Shown here one piece after another: positions 52,456 to 61,075 of a stretch of DNA of 64,000 bases; the first letter of the stretch is position 1; each line of letters opens with the position of its first letter. The notes under the pieces are model-generated. The model was not told where the DNA came from. It ran no database searches and saw nothing but the letters and a program-made list of their open reading frames with translations. The position numbers and the translations under genes are program-made. This DNA is from Candidatus Omnitrophota bacterium (lineage in GTDB: Bacteria; Omnitrophota; Gorgyraeia; Gygaellales; Profunditerraquicolaceae), in the NCBI GenBank assembly GCA_963805065.1, contig CAWDSS010000010.1, positions 856,359 through 920,358 on the forward strand, given 5' to 3'.

Positions 52456-54426
52456 ATGAAAGAAACAAATACCTGTCATTACTGCCATATGGTAGAGGAT
52501 TTTAAGAAGAGATTCTGGGTCTGTCTTGTCTTGACTATCCCTGTCCTAATTCTTTCACCCATGATTCAGGAATTCTTGCGCATCGGTTCATTATTGAGAT
52601 TCAGGGGGGATATGTATGTACTCTTTATCCTCTCCTCAATTATATTCTTTTACGGCGGCGTTCCGTTCTTTAAGGGACTTGCGGGAGAGCTGAAAGATAA
52701 ACAGCCGGGTATGATGACTTTAATTGCACTGGCTATAATCTTAGCTTACTTCTATAGCACAGCCGTCGTGTTTGGCCTGGGTGGAAAAATATTCTTTTGG
52801 GAACTGGTAACGCTTATAGATATTATGCTCTTAGGCCATTGGATAGAAATGAACTCTGTAATGGGCGCAGAAGGCGCATTGGAAGACTTAGCCAATCTGC
52901 TTCCTGCGCAGGCGCACAGGGTAGGCCCGGATGGCAGCATAAAAGATACTCCACTTGAGGAGCTAAATCCCCATGATATTGTTCTTATTAAGCCGGGAGA
53001 AAAAATACCTGCGGATGGGGTGGTGATTAAGGGTGAAACATCGGTGAATGAAGCAATGCTTACAGGCGAATCCCTTCCTGTATTAAAGAAAATAGGAAAC
53101 CAGGTAATAGGCGGTTCCATTAATTCAGAAGGCTCCATTACTGTAAAGATCAATAAGACAAAGCAGGACTTATTTATTTCCCGGGTTATCGAATTGGTCA
53201 GTGAGGCAAAGCAAAGTAAATCACACACGCAGGATTTAGCTAACCGTGCGGCTTTATGGCTTACAGTTGTTGCCCTTGTTGCCGGAGCGATTACGCTTTT
53301 TATGTGGCTACTGCCGATGAACAAGGATTTTGCTTTTGCCTTGGAAAGGGCAGTAACTGTGATGGTAATTACCTGCCCTCATGCCTTGGGGTTGGCAATA
53401 CCGTTAGTAGTCGCCGTCTCTACAGCCATTGCTGCAAAGAACGGGTTGTTAATTAGAAACCGGGTTGCTTTTGAAAAAGCCAGGAATATTCAGGCAGTCA
53501 TCTTCGATAAAACAGGCACCCTTACCGAAGGCAAATTCGCAGTAACCAGCGTAATTCCTTTGTCAAAAGACACAGATGAAAACGAGATCCTGAAATTAGC
53601 AGCTTCTCTGGAATCGTATTCTGAACATTCTATCGCGAAAGCAATAGTATCTTCTTCTAAGGAAATTATACCTGTGGATGGTTTTAGGGCCATTCCGGGC
53701 GAGGGAATAGAAGGGCGCATTTACGGTCGGCAAGCCAAGGTTGTTAGCCGCAGCTATTTAAACCAGAAAAATATTTCAGTCAGCGAAGATTTAGCCAAGA
53801 AAATATCTTCTCAAGGCAATACATCTGTTTTCCTGCTTCTGGACGGCGAGCCCAAAGGCGCTATTACTCTATCCGACATCATCAGGCCGGAGTCGCAAAA
53901 AGCAATCACGCTGCTTAAGAAGATGGGGATTAAATGCATGATGCTTACGGGAGACAATAAACAGGTTGCAATGCAGGTTGCTTCTCAACTTGGATTGGAT
54001 GAATATTTTGCAGAGGTATTGCCCGGGGAAAAGGTAGCAAAAATTAAGCAAGTCCAGCAAAGAGGCTTGGTTGTGGCGATGGTGGGAGACGGCATAAATG
54101 ATGCGCCTGCGTTAGCCCAGGCTGATGTGGGAATTGCCATCGGCGCAGGGACTGACGTGGCTGTTAATACAGCTGATATAATTCTTGTAAAGAATAATCC
54201 GCTGGACGCAGTTAAGATAATCGGGCTTGCGAAAGCCACTTACCGAAAGATGGTGGAAAATCTATTATGGGCAACCGGCTACAATGCATTCGCTATCCCG
54301 CTTGCAGCAGGCGTGCTTTATAAGCCGGGAATAATTTTAAGCCCTGCCCTGGGAGCATTATTAATGTCTTTAAGCACCATAATTGTTGCCATAAACGCTA
54401 GATTCTTGCGGTTATCCCTCGCGTAA
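52456..54426 (+). CDS. heavy-metal P1B-type ATPase, CPH (CopB/P1B-3-like) subtype, no HMA domain
   Basis: TGES, CPH in TM4 (ITCPHALGLA), DKTGTLT, GDGINDAP, MSLST in the last TM. N-terminal CHYCH. Confidence 0.85.
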   Translation: MKETNTCHYCHMVEDFKKRFWVCLVLTIPVLILSPMIQEFLRIGSLLRFRGDMYVLFILSSIIFFYGGVPFFKGLAGELKDKQPGMMTLIALAIILAYFYSTAVVFGLGGKIFFWELVTLIDIMLLGHWIEMNSVMGAEGALEDLANLLPAQAHRVGPDGSIKDTPLEELNPHDIVLIKPGEKIPADGVVIKGETSVNEAMLTGESLPVLKKIGNQVIGGSINSEGSITVKINKTKQDLFISRVIELVSEAKQSKSHTQDLANRAALWLTVVALVAGAITLFMWLLPMNKDFAFALERAVTVMVITCPHALGLAIPLVVAVSTAIAAKNGLLIRNRVAFEKARNIQAVIFDKTGTLTEGKFAVTSVIPLSKDTDENEILKLAASLESYSEHSIAKAIVSSSKEIIPVDGFRAIPGEGIEGRIYGRQAKVVSRSYLNQKNISVSEDLAKKISSQGNTSVFLLLDGEPKGAITLSDIIRPESQKAITLLKKMGIKCMMLTGDNKQVAMQVASQLGLDEYFAEVLPGEKVAKIKQVQQRGLVVAMVGDGINDAPALAQADVGIAIGAGTDVAVNTADIILVKNNPLDAVKIIGLAKATYRKMVENLLWATGYNAFAIPLAAGVLYKPGIILSPALGALLMSLSTIIVAINARFLRLSLA

Positions 54427-54429
54427 TCA

Positions 54430-54458
54430 TCCCGAAAATCTCTTTGAGATTTCCGGGA
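54430..54458 (+). repeat. hairpin TCCCGAAAATCTC-TTTG-AGATTTCCGGGA directly after the ATPase stop
   Basis: Same CTTTGA loop as the inner H2 hairpin (37406..37426), with a different covarying stem. Confidence 0.8.
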
Positions 54459-54461
54459 TAC

Positions 54462-54521
54462 GCTCGGGATTCCCGCTTACGCGGGATTTCGCTAGACAAA
54501 AGCTTGAGGTGCTCAATAATT
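54462..54521 (+). repeat. ~60-nt conserved intergenic element, copy B (hairpin plus promoter-like TAGACA-16-AATAAT)
   Basis: About 53/59 nt identical to 37161..37219. Confidence 0.9.
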
Positions 54522-54570
54522 CGCGCAAATAACCCAGCACATAAATTATGTGCTGGGTTATGCGCTCATT
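54519..54570 (+). repeat. bulged hairpin family member (ATTC-GCGC-A[AA]TAAC CCAGCACAT...ATGTGCTGG GTTAT-GCGC-TCATT), abutting an SD
   Basis: Same conserved base and 2-nt bulge as 37327..37380 and 37445..37495; the upper stem is unrelated. Confidence 0.85.
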
Positions 54571-54586
54571 TAAGGAGGTGATATTG

Positions 54587-54649
54587 ATGAGTTGCGGAAG
54601 TTGCGGGCCGAAGAAGCCAAAGAAAAAAGCCAAGAAGAAAAAGAAATAA
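54587..54649 (+). CDS. 20-aa micro-protein MSCGSCGPKKPKKKAKKKKK
   Basis: Near-perfect SD AAGGAGGTG 7 nt upstream. Flanked by hairpins on both sides. Below the track cutoff. Confidence 0.4.
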   Translation: MSCGSCGPKKPKKKAKKKKK

Positions 54650-54659
54650 ATTCTTATAA

Positions 54660-54690
54660 GGCAGATACAGCTTTATTAGCTGTATCTGCC
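54660..54690 (+). other. perfect 12-bp stem hairpin GGCAGATACAGC/GCTGTATCTGCC after the micro-ORF
   Basis: Read directly. No U-tract. Confidence 0.8.
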
Positions 54691-54708
54691 TGTATACTGG
54701 AGGCATGA

Positions 54709-55158
54709 ATGGTAAAGTTTTCCCAAGAACTGAAAGATTTCTTAAAAAAATATTTGGCAATTGTGGCGACCGCAGACAAGAAAGGTATGCCCAATGCAGT
54801 GCCAAAAGGCGATGTGGCAATTTTAGATGATCGGCATATAATTTTCGCGGACTTATACAGTCATCAAACCAAAGATAACCTGAAGAACAACCCCAATATC
54901 GCTATTACAGTATTAAATCCCGCAGGCTATAAAGGTTATCAACTTAAGGGGATCGCAGAAATTATTGAACGAGGTCCTGCTTATGAAAAATTAGCTCTTC
55001 AGGCAAAAGACGCAGGCCAATTGAATCATCCGGATGCTAAATACGCGGTAAAAATCAAAGTGAATAAAATAATAGACATAGGCTATGGAGAAACCGGAGA
55101 TAAGGAAATAGGCAATATCAGCCAGAAAAAGCAAAAGGGAGAAAACTATGCAAGCTAA
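54709..55158 (+). CDS. pyridoxamine 5'-phosphate oxidase-family FMN-binding protein
   Basis: Split-barrel pattern (ATADKKGMPNAVPKG...I.FADL...T..NL..NP.IAITV). Confidence 0.65.
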   Translation: MVKFSQELKDFLKKYLAIVATADKKGMPNAVPKGDVAILDDRHIIFADLYSHQTKDNLKNNPNIAITVLNPAGYKGYQLKGIAEIIERGPAYEKLALQAKDAGQLNHPDAKYAVKIKVNKIIDIGYGETGDKEIGNISQKKQKGENYAS

Positions 55159-55333
55159 AGTTGATGCTGACATCTGTATCGGTTGTACTTTGTGTACGCA
55201 AACCTGCCCCGAAGTTTATAAAATGCAGGAAGACAAGGCAGAGGTGTATGTGGAAAAAGTGCCAAAGGAAGTTGAGGATACCTGCAAACAGGCTGCAGAA
55301 GAATGCCCTGTAAATGCAATAACTTTAGCGTAG
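55148..55333 (+). CDS. small ferredoxin (single [4Fe-4S]/[3Fe-4S] type)
   Basis: CIGCTLCTQTCP ... CP motif; 61 aa. Confidence 0.8.
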   Translation: MQAKVDADICIGCTLCTQTCPEVYKMQEDKAEVYVEKVPKEVEDTCKQAAEECPVNAITLA

Positions 55334-55374
55334 TAAGCTCGCGTTAATTTTTTGCTACAAAAAGAGGAGGTAAT

Positions 55375-55770
55375 ATGGCAGAACTAAAAGAGTTATTTCA
55401 AAGCGCAGACTGGAAAACAGAAAAACACGTGCCGGTAATTGAAGGCCCTGACAAAGCCAAAAAGACAGAGATGCTTAAAATTACGGTAAGTGTAGGCAAA
55501 GAAATCCCCCATCCCAATACTACCGAGCATCATATCCGCTGGATTACGGTTTATTTTCAACCCAATGCGGAAAAGTTTCCTTATGAAATAGGCAGGTTTG
55601 AGTTTAACAGCCACGGAGAATCTCTGCAAGGCCCTAATACCAGTACGGTATATAGCCATCCGGAGGTTATTTGCAGTTTTAAAACTGAAAAACCAGGTAT
55701 GATTCTTGCAAGCTCCTACTGTAATATACACGGGCTTTGGCAGAATGCAAAAAAATTGGAAGTCGCTTAA
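55375..55770 (+). CDS. superoxide reductase (1Fe-SOR/neelaredoxin type)
   Basis: EKHVPVIE, HPNTTEHHIRWI and C.IHGLW ligand motifs. No desulforedoxin domain. Confidence 0.85.
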   Translation: MAELKELFQSADWKTEKHVPVIEGPDKAKKTEMLKITVSVGKEIPHPNTTEHHIRWITVYFQPNAEKFPYEIGRFEFNSHGESLQGPNTSTVYSHPEVICSFKTEKPGMILASSYCNIHGLWQNAKKLEVA

Positions 55771-55789
55771 TTCTATAAGGAGGAAATAT

Positions 55790-56161
55790 ATGATTAAACG
55801 TTTGGCTGTATTATGTATTATTTTGTCAATATTACCTTTGCTTTCTGGTTGCTGGTTCTTAGTGGGAGGAGCAGCTGGATATGAATTGACGTCTGATAGC
55901 GCAATAGGCCATTATGATACATCTTACAGTAGAGCTTATAAAGCCGGCCTGGATGTATTGCGGGCTCAAGGAAACACCAGTATGGAAGATGAAACAGGCG
56001 GATGGGTTAAAGCCAGTATTAACAATTATGACGTGGCTGTGCATATAGAGCAGCTGACGCAGCGAACCGTAAAAGTTACTGTATCGGCAAGAAAATATGC
56101 CTTGCCTAAATCCCAATTCGCCCGCGATATCCTGCTCAAAATAGCTAATAAGTTGAAATAA
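55790..56161 (+). CDS. small lipoprotein (DUF3568-like)
   Basis: SD AAGGAGG, lipobox LLSGC. Confidence 0.55.
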   Translation: MIKRLAVLCIILSILPLLSGCWFLVGGAAGYELTSDSAIGHYDTSYSRAYKAGLDVLRAQGNTSMEDETGGWVKASINNYDVAVHIEQLTQRTVKVTVSARKYALPKSQFARDILLKIANKLK

Positions 56162-56176
56162 AAAGGTAATAGCGCA

Positions 56177-57889
56177 ATGGACAAGGATCTTGTTATAAGA
56201 ATTTGTGGAGAAGCCGGCCAGGGAATGCAGACCATAGGCATAGCCCTGGCCAAGCTTTTTAAAAAGGCAGGGTTGAATATTTATTCCCACCAGGATGTCA
56301 TGTCCAGGATACGCGGAGGCAATAATTTTACGCAAATACGAATCTCTAGAATCCCTGTTTTTTCACCGCGTGCTAAAGTAGACCTAATAGTGGCCCTGGA
56401 TAAACTCAGCGTGTCTTTGCATCGTCACAATCTGAATAAAAAAGGAATTTTAATTTTGGACAGGCAGAAATGCGGCATTACCGAACAAGATAAATACTTC
56501 TTTGATGCGCCTATGTATGACTTGGCAAAAAGGATAGGGGGAAGTGAATTATTCGTTAACTCGGTAGCCTTTGGGCTCCTGGCGGCAATTACCGCAATAG
56601 ATTTTCAATATGTGCAAGCTGTGTTAAAAGATATATTTCAAGACAAAGCTGAAGAAATAATTCGTAAGAATATTGAAACGGCTAATTCTGGATTTACTTT
56701 TGCAAAAAAAAATTTTAAACAAGAATTTTTTAGCATGGACACGCGCAGTGAAAAACAAGGCCTTCTCATGAACGGCAATGATGCAGTTGCCCTGGGAGCG
56801 ATAAGGGCGGGTTGTAAATTTTACTCTGCTTACCCTATGTCGCCCTCTACGAGCATTATGAATACCCTGGCTCATTTCGCCAAAGATTTTAATATAGTCG
56901 TTGAACAGGCAGAAGATGAAATTGCCGCCATAAATATGGTAATCGGAGCATCTTTCGTAGGTGCACGCTCCATGTGCTCTACCTCGGGTGGCGGATTTGC
57001 TTTGATGGTAGAAGGAGTAAGCCTTGCGGCTATGACTGAAACCCCCATTGTTGTAGTAGATGCGCAACGGCCTGCGCCTGCCACGGGTTTTCCTACCCGC
57101 ACAGAACAAGCAGACCTGGATTATCTTATTCACGCCGGGCACGGAGAATTTGCTCGCGCTGTTTTTGCTCCCGGCACAGTGGAACAGGCATTTTATTTGA
57201 CAGTCAGGGCATTTAATCTAGCGGAAAAATACCAGATTCCGGTTTTTATTATGACTGACCAGCATCTTGCAGAATCCTACCGTAATATAAATTTATTTGA
57301 TTTGGATAAAGCTAAAGTCAAACGCTTTATCATAAGCAAAGAAGACTCCCCAAAAATATCAAATTACAAAAGATACCAGCTTAGTCCATCCGGAATATCT
57401 CCGCGGGCAGTGCCTTCCTGGATTAATGATGTAATTTACGCTGATAGCGACGAACATACGGAAGAAGGCCATATTACCGAAGATGCCCAAATCAGGGTAA
57501 AAATGGTTGAGAAAAGATTTTACAAAAAAATGATTGGCCTATCCAGGGAATTAGTCAGGCCGCAGGCGCATAATATATCGGCAGCTAAAGTTATTCTGCT
57601 TGGCTTCGGTTCTACGTACGGTGTTTTAAAAGAAACCTGTAAATCGCTAAGCAACAGAAAAATAGGCTTTATTCATTTATCTCAGGTATGGCCTTTTCCC
57701 TCGCGCGATACGATTAGATTATTAAAGGCTGCAAAAAAGATTATTACAGTGGAAAATAACGCAGGGGCTCAACTTGCCAGGTTGCTTCGCCGGGAAACCG
57801 GTATTACTGTGAAAAATTCCATATTAAAGTTTGATGGCAGGCCTTTTGATTTAGATTTCTTAAGAGATAGAGTCGTAAAGGAGCTATAG
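56177..57889 (+). CDS. korA: 2-oxoacid:ferredoxin oxidoreductase, fused gamma-alpha subunit
   Basis: N-terminal gamma-type GEAGQGMQT, then alpha-type YPMSPST...AEDEIAA... Confidence 0.8.
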   Translation: MDKDLVIRICGEAGQGMQTIGIALAKLFKKAGLNIYSHQDVMSRIRGGNNFTQIRISRIPVFSPRAKVDLIVALDKLSVSLHRHNLNKKGILILDRQKCGITEQDKYFFDAPMYDLAKRIGGSELFVNSVAFGLLAAITAIDFQYVQAVLKDIFQDKAEEIIRKNIETANSGFTFAKKNFKQEFFSMDTRSEKQGLLMNGNDAVALGAIRAGCKFYSAYPMSPSTSIMNTLAHFAKDFNIVVEQAEDEIAAINMVIGASFVGARSMCSTSGGGFALMVEGVSLAAMTETPIVVVDAQRPAPATGFPTRTEQADLDYLIHAGHGEFARAVFAPGTVEQAFYLTVRAFNLAEKYQIPVFIMTDQHLAESYRNINLFDLDKAKVKRFIISKEDSPKISNYKRYQLSPSGISPRAVPSWINDVIYADSDEHTEEGHITEDAQIRVKMVEKRFYKKMIGLSRELVRPQAHNISAAKVILLGFGSTYGVLKETCKSLSNRKIGFIHLSQVWPFPSRDTIRLLKAAKKIITVENNAGAQLARLLRRETGITVKNSILKFDGRPFDLDFLRDRVVKEL

Positions 57890-57890
57890 C

Positions 57891-58751
57891 ATGACAGAAA
57901 TAAAAGATTTCCTAAGCCTTGATGAAAATGCCTGGTGCCCTGGTTGCGGAGATTTTGGAATATTGAATGCAGTAAAAAAAGCGCTTGTGAAGCTGGGGAA
58001 ACCTCCCAAGGATATTTTAATTGCTTCAGGCATAGGCCAGGCAGCCAAGCTCCCGCATTATATTAAGTGCAATTGTTTTAATGGCCTTCATGGAAGGGCC
58101 TTGCCTCCTGCAGCAGGTGCAAAAATCGCAAACCGCGAACTTACTGTGCTGGTTACTACCGGTGACGGAGATTGCTACGGAGAGGGCGGAAATCATCTGA
58201 TTCATAATATAAGAAGAAACCTGGATATAACCGTAATCGTGCACGATAATCAGATTTACGGCCTTACCAAGGGACAGGCTTCACCGACAACAGACGAGGG
58301 ATATGTTACTAAAGTCCAGGCCGCAGGCGTTATTTTAGAGCCGATACATCCATTACAAATGGTTATTGCCTTAGGCGCGGGATTCGTTGCCAGAGGGTAT
58401 TCTGCGGATTCAGAGCATTTGTCCTGGCTTATCCTTGAGGGAATAAATCATCAAGGATTTGCCCTCATTGATGTATTACAGCCTTGCGTTTCATTTAATA
58501 AAAAGAATACCTATGAGTGGTATGCACAGAGGATATACAAAGTTAATGAAGATAATTCCTACAATCCACAGGATCGGCTTAAGGCATTCCAAAAGGCAGG
58601 CGAATGGGGCGATAAAATACCCATAGGCATAATTTACAAAGCCGAGAAACCGACTTATGAAGAGAAAAGCGGGATTAATAAAAAATCACCGCTTAGCGAT
58701 GAAGATATATCCGATATAGACATAACCGGCGCACTTAAGGAATTCTTATAA
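57891..58751 (+). CDS. korB: 2-oxoacid:ferredoxin oxidoreductase, beta (TPP-binding) subunit
   Basis: WCPGCGDFG and GDGD...GGNH motifs. Confidence 0.85.
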   Translation: MTEIKDFLSLDENAWCPGCGDFGILNAVKKALVKLGKPPKDILIASGIGQAAKLPHYIKCNCFNGLHGRALPPAAGAKIANRELTVLVTTGDGDCYGEGGNHLIHNIRRNLDITVIVHDNQIYGLTKGQASPTTDEGYVTKVQAAGVILEPIHPLQMVIALGAGFVARGYSADSEHLSWLILEGINHQGFALIDVLQPCVSFNKKNTYEWYAQRIYKVNEDNSYNPQDRLKAFQKAGEWGDKIPIGIIYKAEKPTYEEKSGINKKSPLSDEDISDIDITGALKEFL

Positions 58752-58774
58752 TAGGAATTATTCTGGCAGTTATG

Positions 58775-58783
58775 TGTTATAAT
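58775..58783 (+). promoter_or_regulatory. extended -10 promoter element TGTTATAAT upstream of rubredoxin
   Basis: Read directly. No good -35. Confidence 0.35.
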
Positions 58784-58823
58784 AGCTAAAAACTTAAGAG
58801 CAATTTTAAAAAGGAGAAACAGT

Positions 58824-58985
58824 ATGGACAAATACAGATGCACGGTTTGCGGATACATATACGACCCGGCAATCGGAGATTCTACCCAAAGCATTACTCC
58901 AGGTACGCCTTTTGAAAAACTTCCTGACAGCTGGGTATGCCCTGAATGCGGAGTGCCAAAAGATATGTTTGAGAAAATAAGTTAG
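58824..58985 (+). CDS. rubredoxin (53 aa; missed by the >=60-aa ORF track)
   Basis: [15 protein letters not shown]...[21 protein letters not shown], a canonical CxxCG...CPxCG rubredoxin. SD AAGGAG. Confidence 0.9.
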   Translation: MDKYRCTVCGYIYDPAIGDSTQSITPGTPFEKLPDSWVCPECGVPKDMFEKIS

Positions 58986-58995
58986 GAGGCATAAA

Positions 58996-59853
58996 ATGAA
59001 GCCTAACATAACGTTTAAGGGCAACCCTGTGACTTTAGTGGGCAGACAGATAAAAACCGAAATGCCTGCCCCGGATTTTCGCGTGGTAACAGGCGATCTT
59101 AAAGAAGTCGGCCTCGCTGATTTTAGCGGGAAAATTAAAGTTATCAGCGTATTCCTTTCCATTGATACCCCGGTGTGCGATCTGCAAGTTAAGGAGTTTA
59201 ATAAAAGAGCAGTAGGTTTTTCCTCCGATATCGTTATTTTAGGCGTGAGCAAGGATTTACCTTTTGCACAAAAAAGATTTTGTCAGGCAAACGAAATTAA
59301 AAATGTAATCACTCTTTCTGACTACAAGTTCTCTTCCTTTGGAATAAATTATGGCCTGCTGGTTAAAGAATTGAATCTCCTGGCGCGGGCGGTAATTATT
59401 CTGGATAAAAAGGATATCGTAAGGTATGTGCAAATTGTCCCGGAGTTGAGTAGTGCGCCGGATTATGAAGATGTTTTGAAAAGCCTGTTTGAAATTGCAA
59501 AAAATCCCGAACTATCTGTAAAAAAAGAATTACCTGAAAAATGCAAGCCCTGCGAAGAAGGCACTCTACCTTTGCCTAAGGATAAAATAGAAAAGCTGCT
59601 GGCTAAATACCGCGGATGGCAGCTAGTAGAGGGAAAAAAGCTGGTAAAGGATTTCCAATTCAAGGATTTTGTTGAGGCAAAGTATTTTTTAGACCTCATT
59701 GCCGTAATTGCCGAAGAACAGGGTCACCATCCGAACCTGTCTTTAGCATATAATAAATTGAAAGTCACGCTTACTACGCATGCTGCCGGAGGCTTGACTG
59801 AGAATGATTTTGTCATGGCAAAGATCATTGATGAAATAGGAGGAGAGGTATGA
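58996..59853 (+). CDS. tpx: thiol peroxidase (Tpx) fused to a pterin-4a-carbinolamine dehydratase (PCD/DCoH) domain
   Basis: N-terminal Tpx (FLSIDTPVCDLQ peroxidatic Cys, RFCQAN resolving Cys). C-terminal W....K.L...F.F.DF..A..F...IA..AE...HHP....YN.L...L.TH PCD signature. Confidence 0.75.
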   Translation: MKPNITFKGNPVTLVGRQIKTEMPAPDFRVVTGDLKEVGLADFSGKIKVISVFLSIDTPVCDLQVKEFNKRAVGFSSDIVILGVSKDLPFAQKRFCQANEIKNVITLSDYKFSSFGINYGLLVKELNLLARAVIILDKKDIVRYVQIVPELSSAPDYEDVLKSLFEIAKNPELSVKKELPEKCKPCEEGTLPLPKDKIEKLLAKYRGWQLVEGKKLVKDFQFKDFVEAKYFLDLIAVIAEEQGHHPNLSLAYNKLKVTLTTHAAGGLTENDFVMAKIIDEIGGEV

Positions 59854-60350
59854 AAAGGGCGGCTGTATTAGTGGAAGATTATTACCAGGTTTTAGAAGTC
59901 TGGTATCCGTATCTTAGGCTGCGTGAAGAGGGAATAGAGACAATATTGGTAGGAACCGGAAAAAAAGAATACAAGAGCAAAGAAGGGTATCCCGCAGCAG
60001 AAGAATTATCTATAAAAAAAGCCAAGGCAGAAGATTTTGATGTAGTAGTAATACCCGGTGGTTATGCCCCGGATTTATTAAGGAGGCATGAGGAAATCAA
60101 TAATTTTGTCAAAGATATGTATAACCAGGGAAAAATCGTTGCCTGCATATGCCATGGCGGTTGGGTATTAGTTTCTGCGGGTATTTTAAAGGGGAAAAAA
60201 GTTACCGGGTTTTCGGCTATAAAAGACGACCTGATTAATGCAGGGGCGCAATTTCTGGATAAAGAAGTTGTGGCCGATGGCAATTTGATTACTTCACGTA
60301 ACCCCTATGATTTACCAGCGTTCTGCAAAGAAATAATTAAAAAGCTCTAG
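59850..60350 (+). CDS. DJ-1/PfpI-family protein
   Basis: VVIPGG and nucleophile elbow ACICHGGWVL. Confidence 0.8.
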   Translation: MKRAAVLVEDYYQVLEVWYPYLRLREEGIETILVGTGKKEYKSKEGYPAAEELSIKKAKAEDFDVVVIPGGYAPDLLRRHEEINNFVKDMYNQGKIVACICHGGWVLVSAGILKGKKVTGFSAIKDDLINAGAQFLDKEVVADGNLITSRNPYDLPAFCKEIIKKL

Positions 60351-60358
60351 AGATTACC

Positions 60359-61063
60359 ATGACCAAAGAATTGAATCTTAAAATTAAGGAAGTGATTAAA
60401 AGGAATTATAACGTAATGAGTATCCGTCTGGCTATTGACACAGAACCTGATTTTACTGCGGGGCAATTCTTGAACGCCTGCTTTGTGGGAGAAAAGCAAT
60501 GCCGGAGGTATTTATCAATATCCAGTTCACCTACTGAAAAGGGCTACATCGAATTTACAAAAAAACTTACAGGAAGCGATTTTTCCAAAATGATAGAATC
60601 AGCCAAGCCAGGCGACCCTATTAAGGTAGAGTATCCGTTTGGTAAATTTACACTCGGCGACCCTAAAGAAAAGATCGCTTTTTTATCCGGCGGTATTGGT
60701 ATCACTCCCATAAGAAGTATTTGTAAATTCGTGGTTGATAAAAACCTGGGTACGGACATGGTTTTGGTTTATGCAAACAGGTCAATAAAAGACATTGTCT
60801 TCCGGGAAGATTTTGACCAGATGCAAAAACAATACTCAAAATTAAAAGTGGCGCACGTGCTCTGTGAACCAGAACCCGGATTCAAGTGTACCGTAGGCCT
60901 GATAAATGCCCAGGTTATCAAAACCCAGGTAGAGGACTACTCAGAAAGAAAATTCTATATTTGCGGTCCTCCACCTATGGTAGAAGCAATGTGCAAAATA
61001 TTAAGCGATGAATTGAAGTTATCCCAGGAAAATATAATTACCGAACAGTTCCAAGGCTATTAA
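60359..61063 (+). CDS. FNR-like FAD/NAD(P)-binding oxidoreductase
   Basis: RRYLSISS (RxYS FAD motif), LSGGIGITP NAD(P) motif, C-terminal YICGPPPM. Confidence 0.75.
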   Translation: MTKELNLKIKEVIKRNYNVMSIRLAIDTEPDFTAGQFLNACFVGEKQCRRYLSISSSPTEKGYIEFTKKLTGSDFSKMIESAKPGDPIKVEYPFGKFTLGDPKEKIAFLSGGIGITPIRSICKFVVDKNLGTDMVLVYANRSIKDIVFREDFDQMQKQYSKLKVAHVLCEPEPGFKCTVGLINAQVIKTQVEDYSERKFYICGPPPMVEAMCKILSDELKLSQENIITEQFQGY

Positions 61064-61075
61064 AAAGGAGAACCC

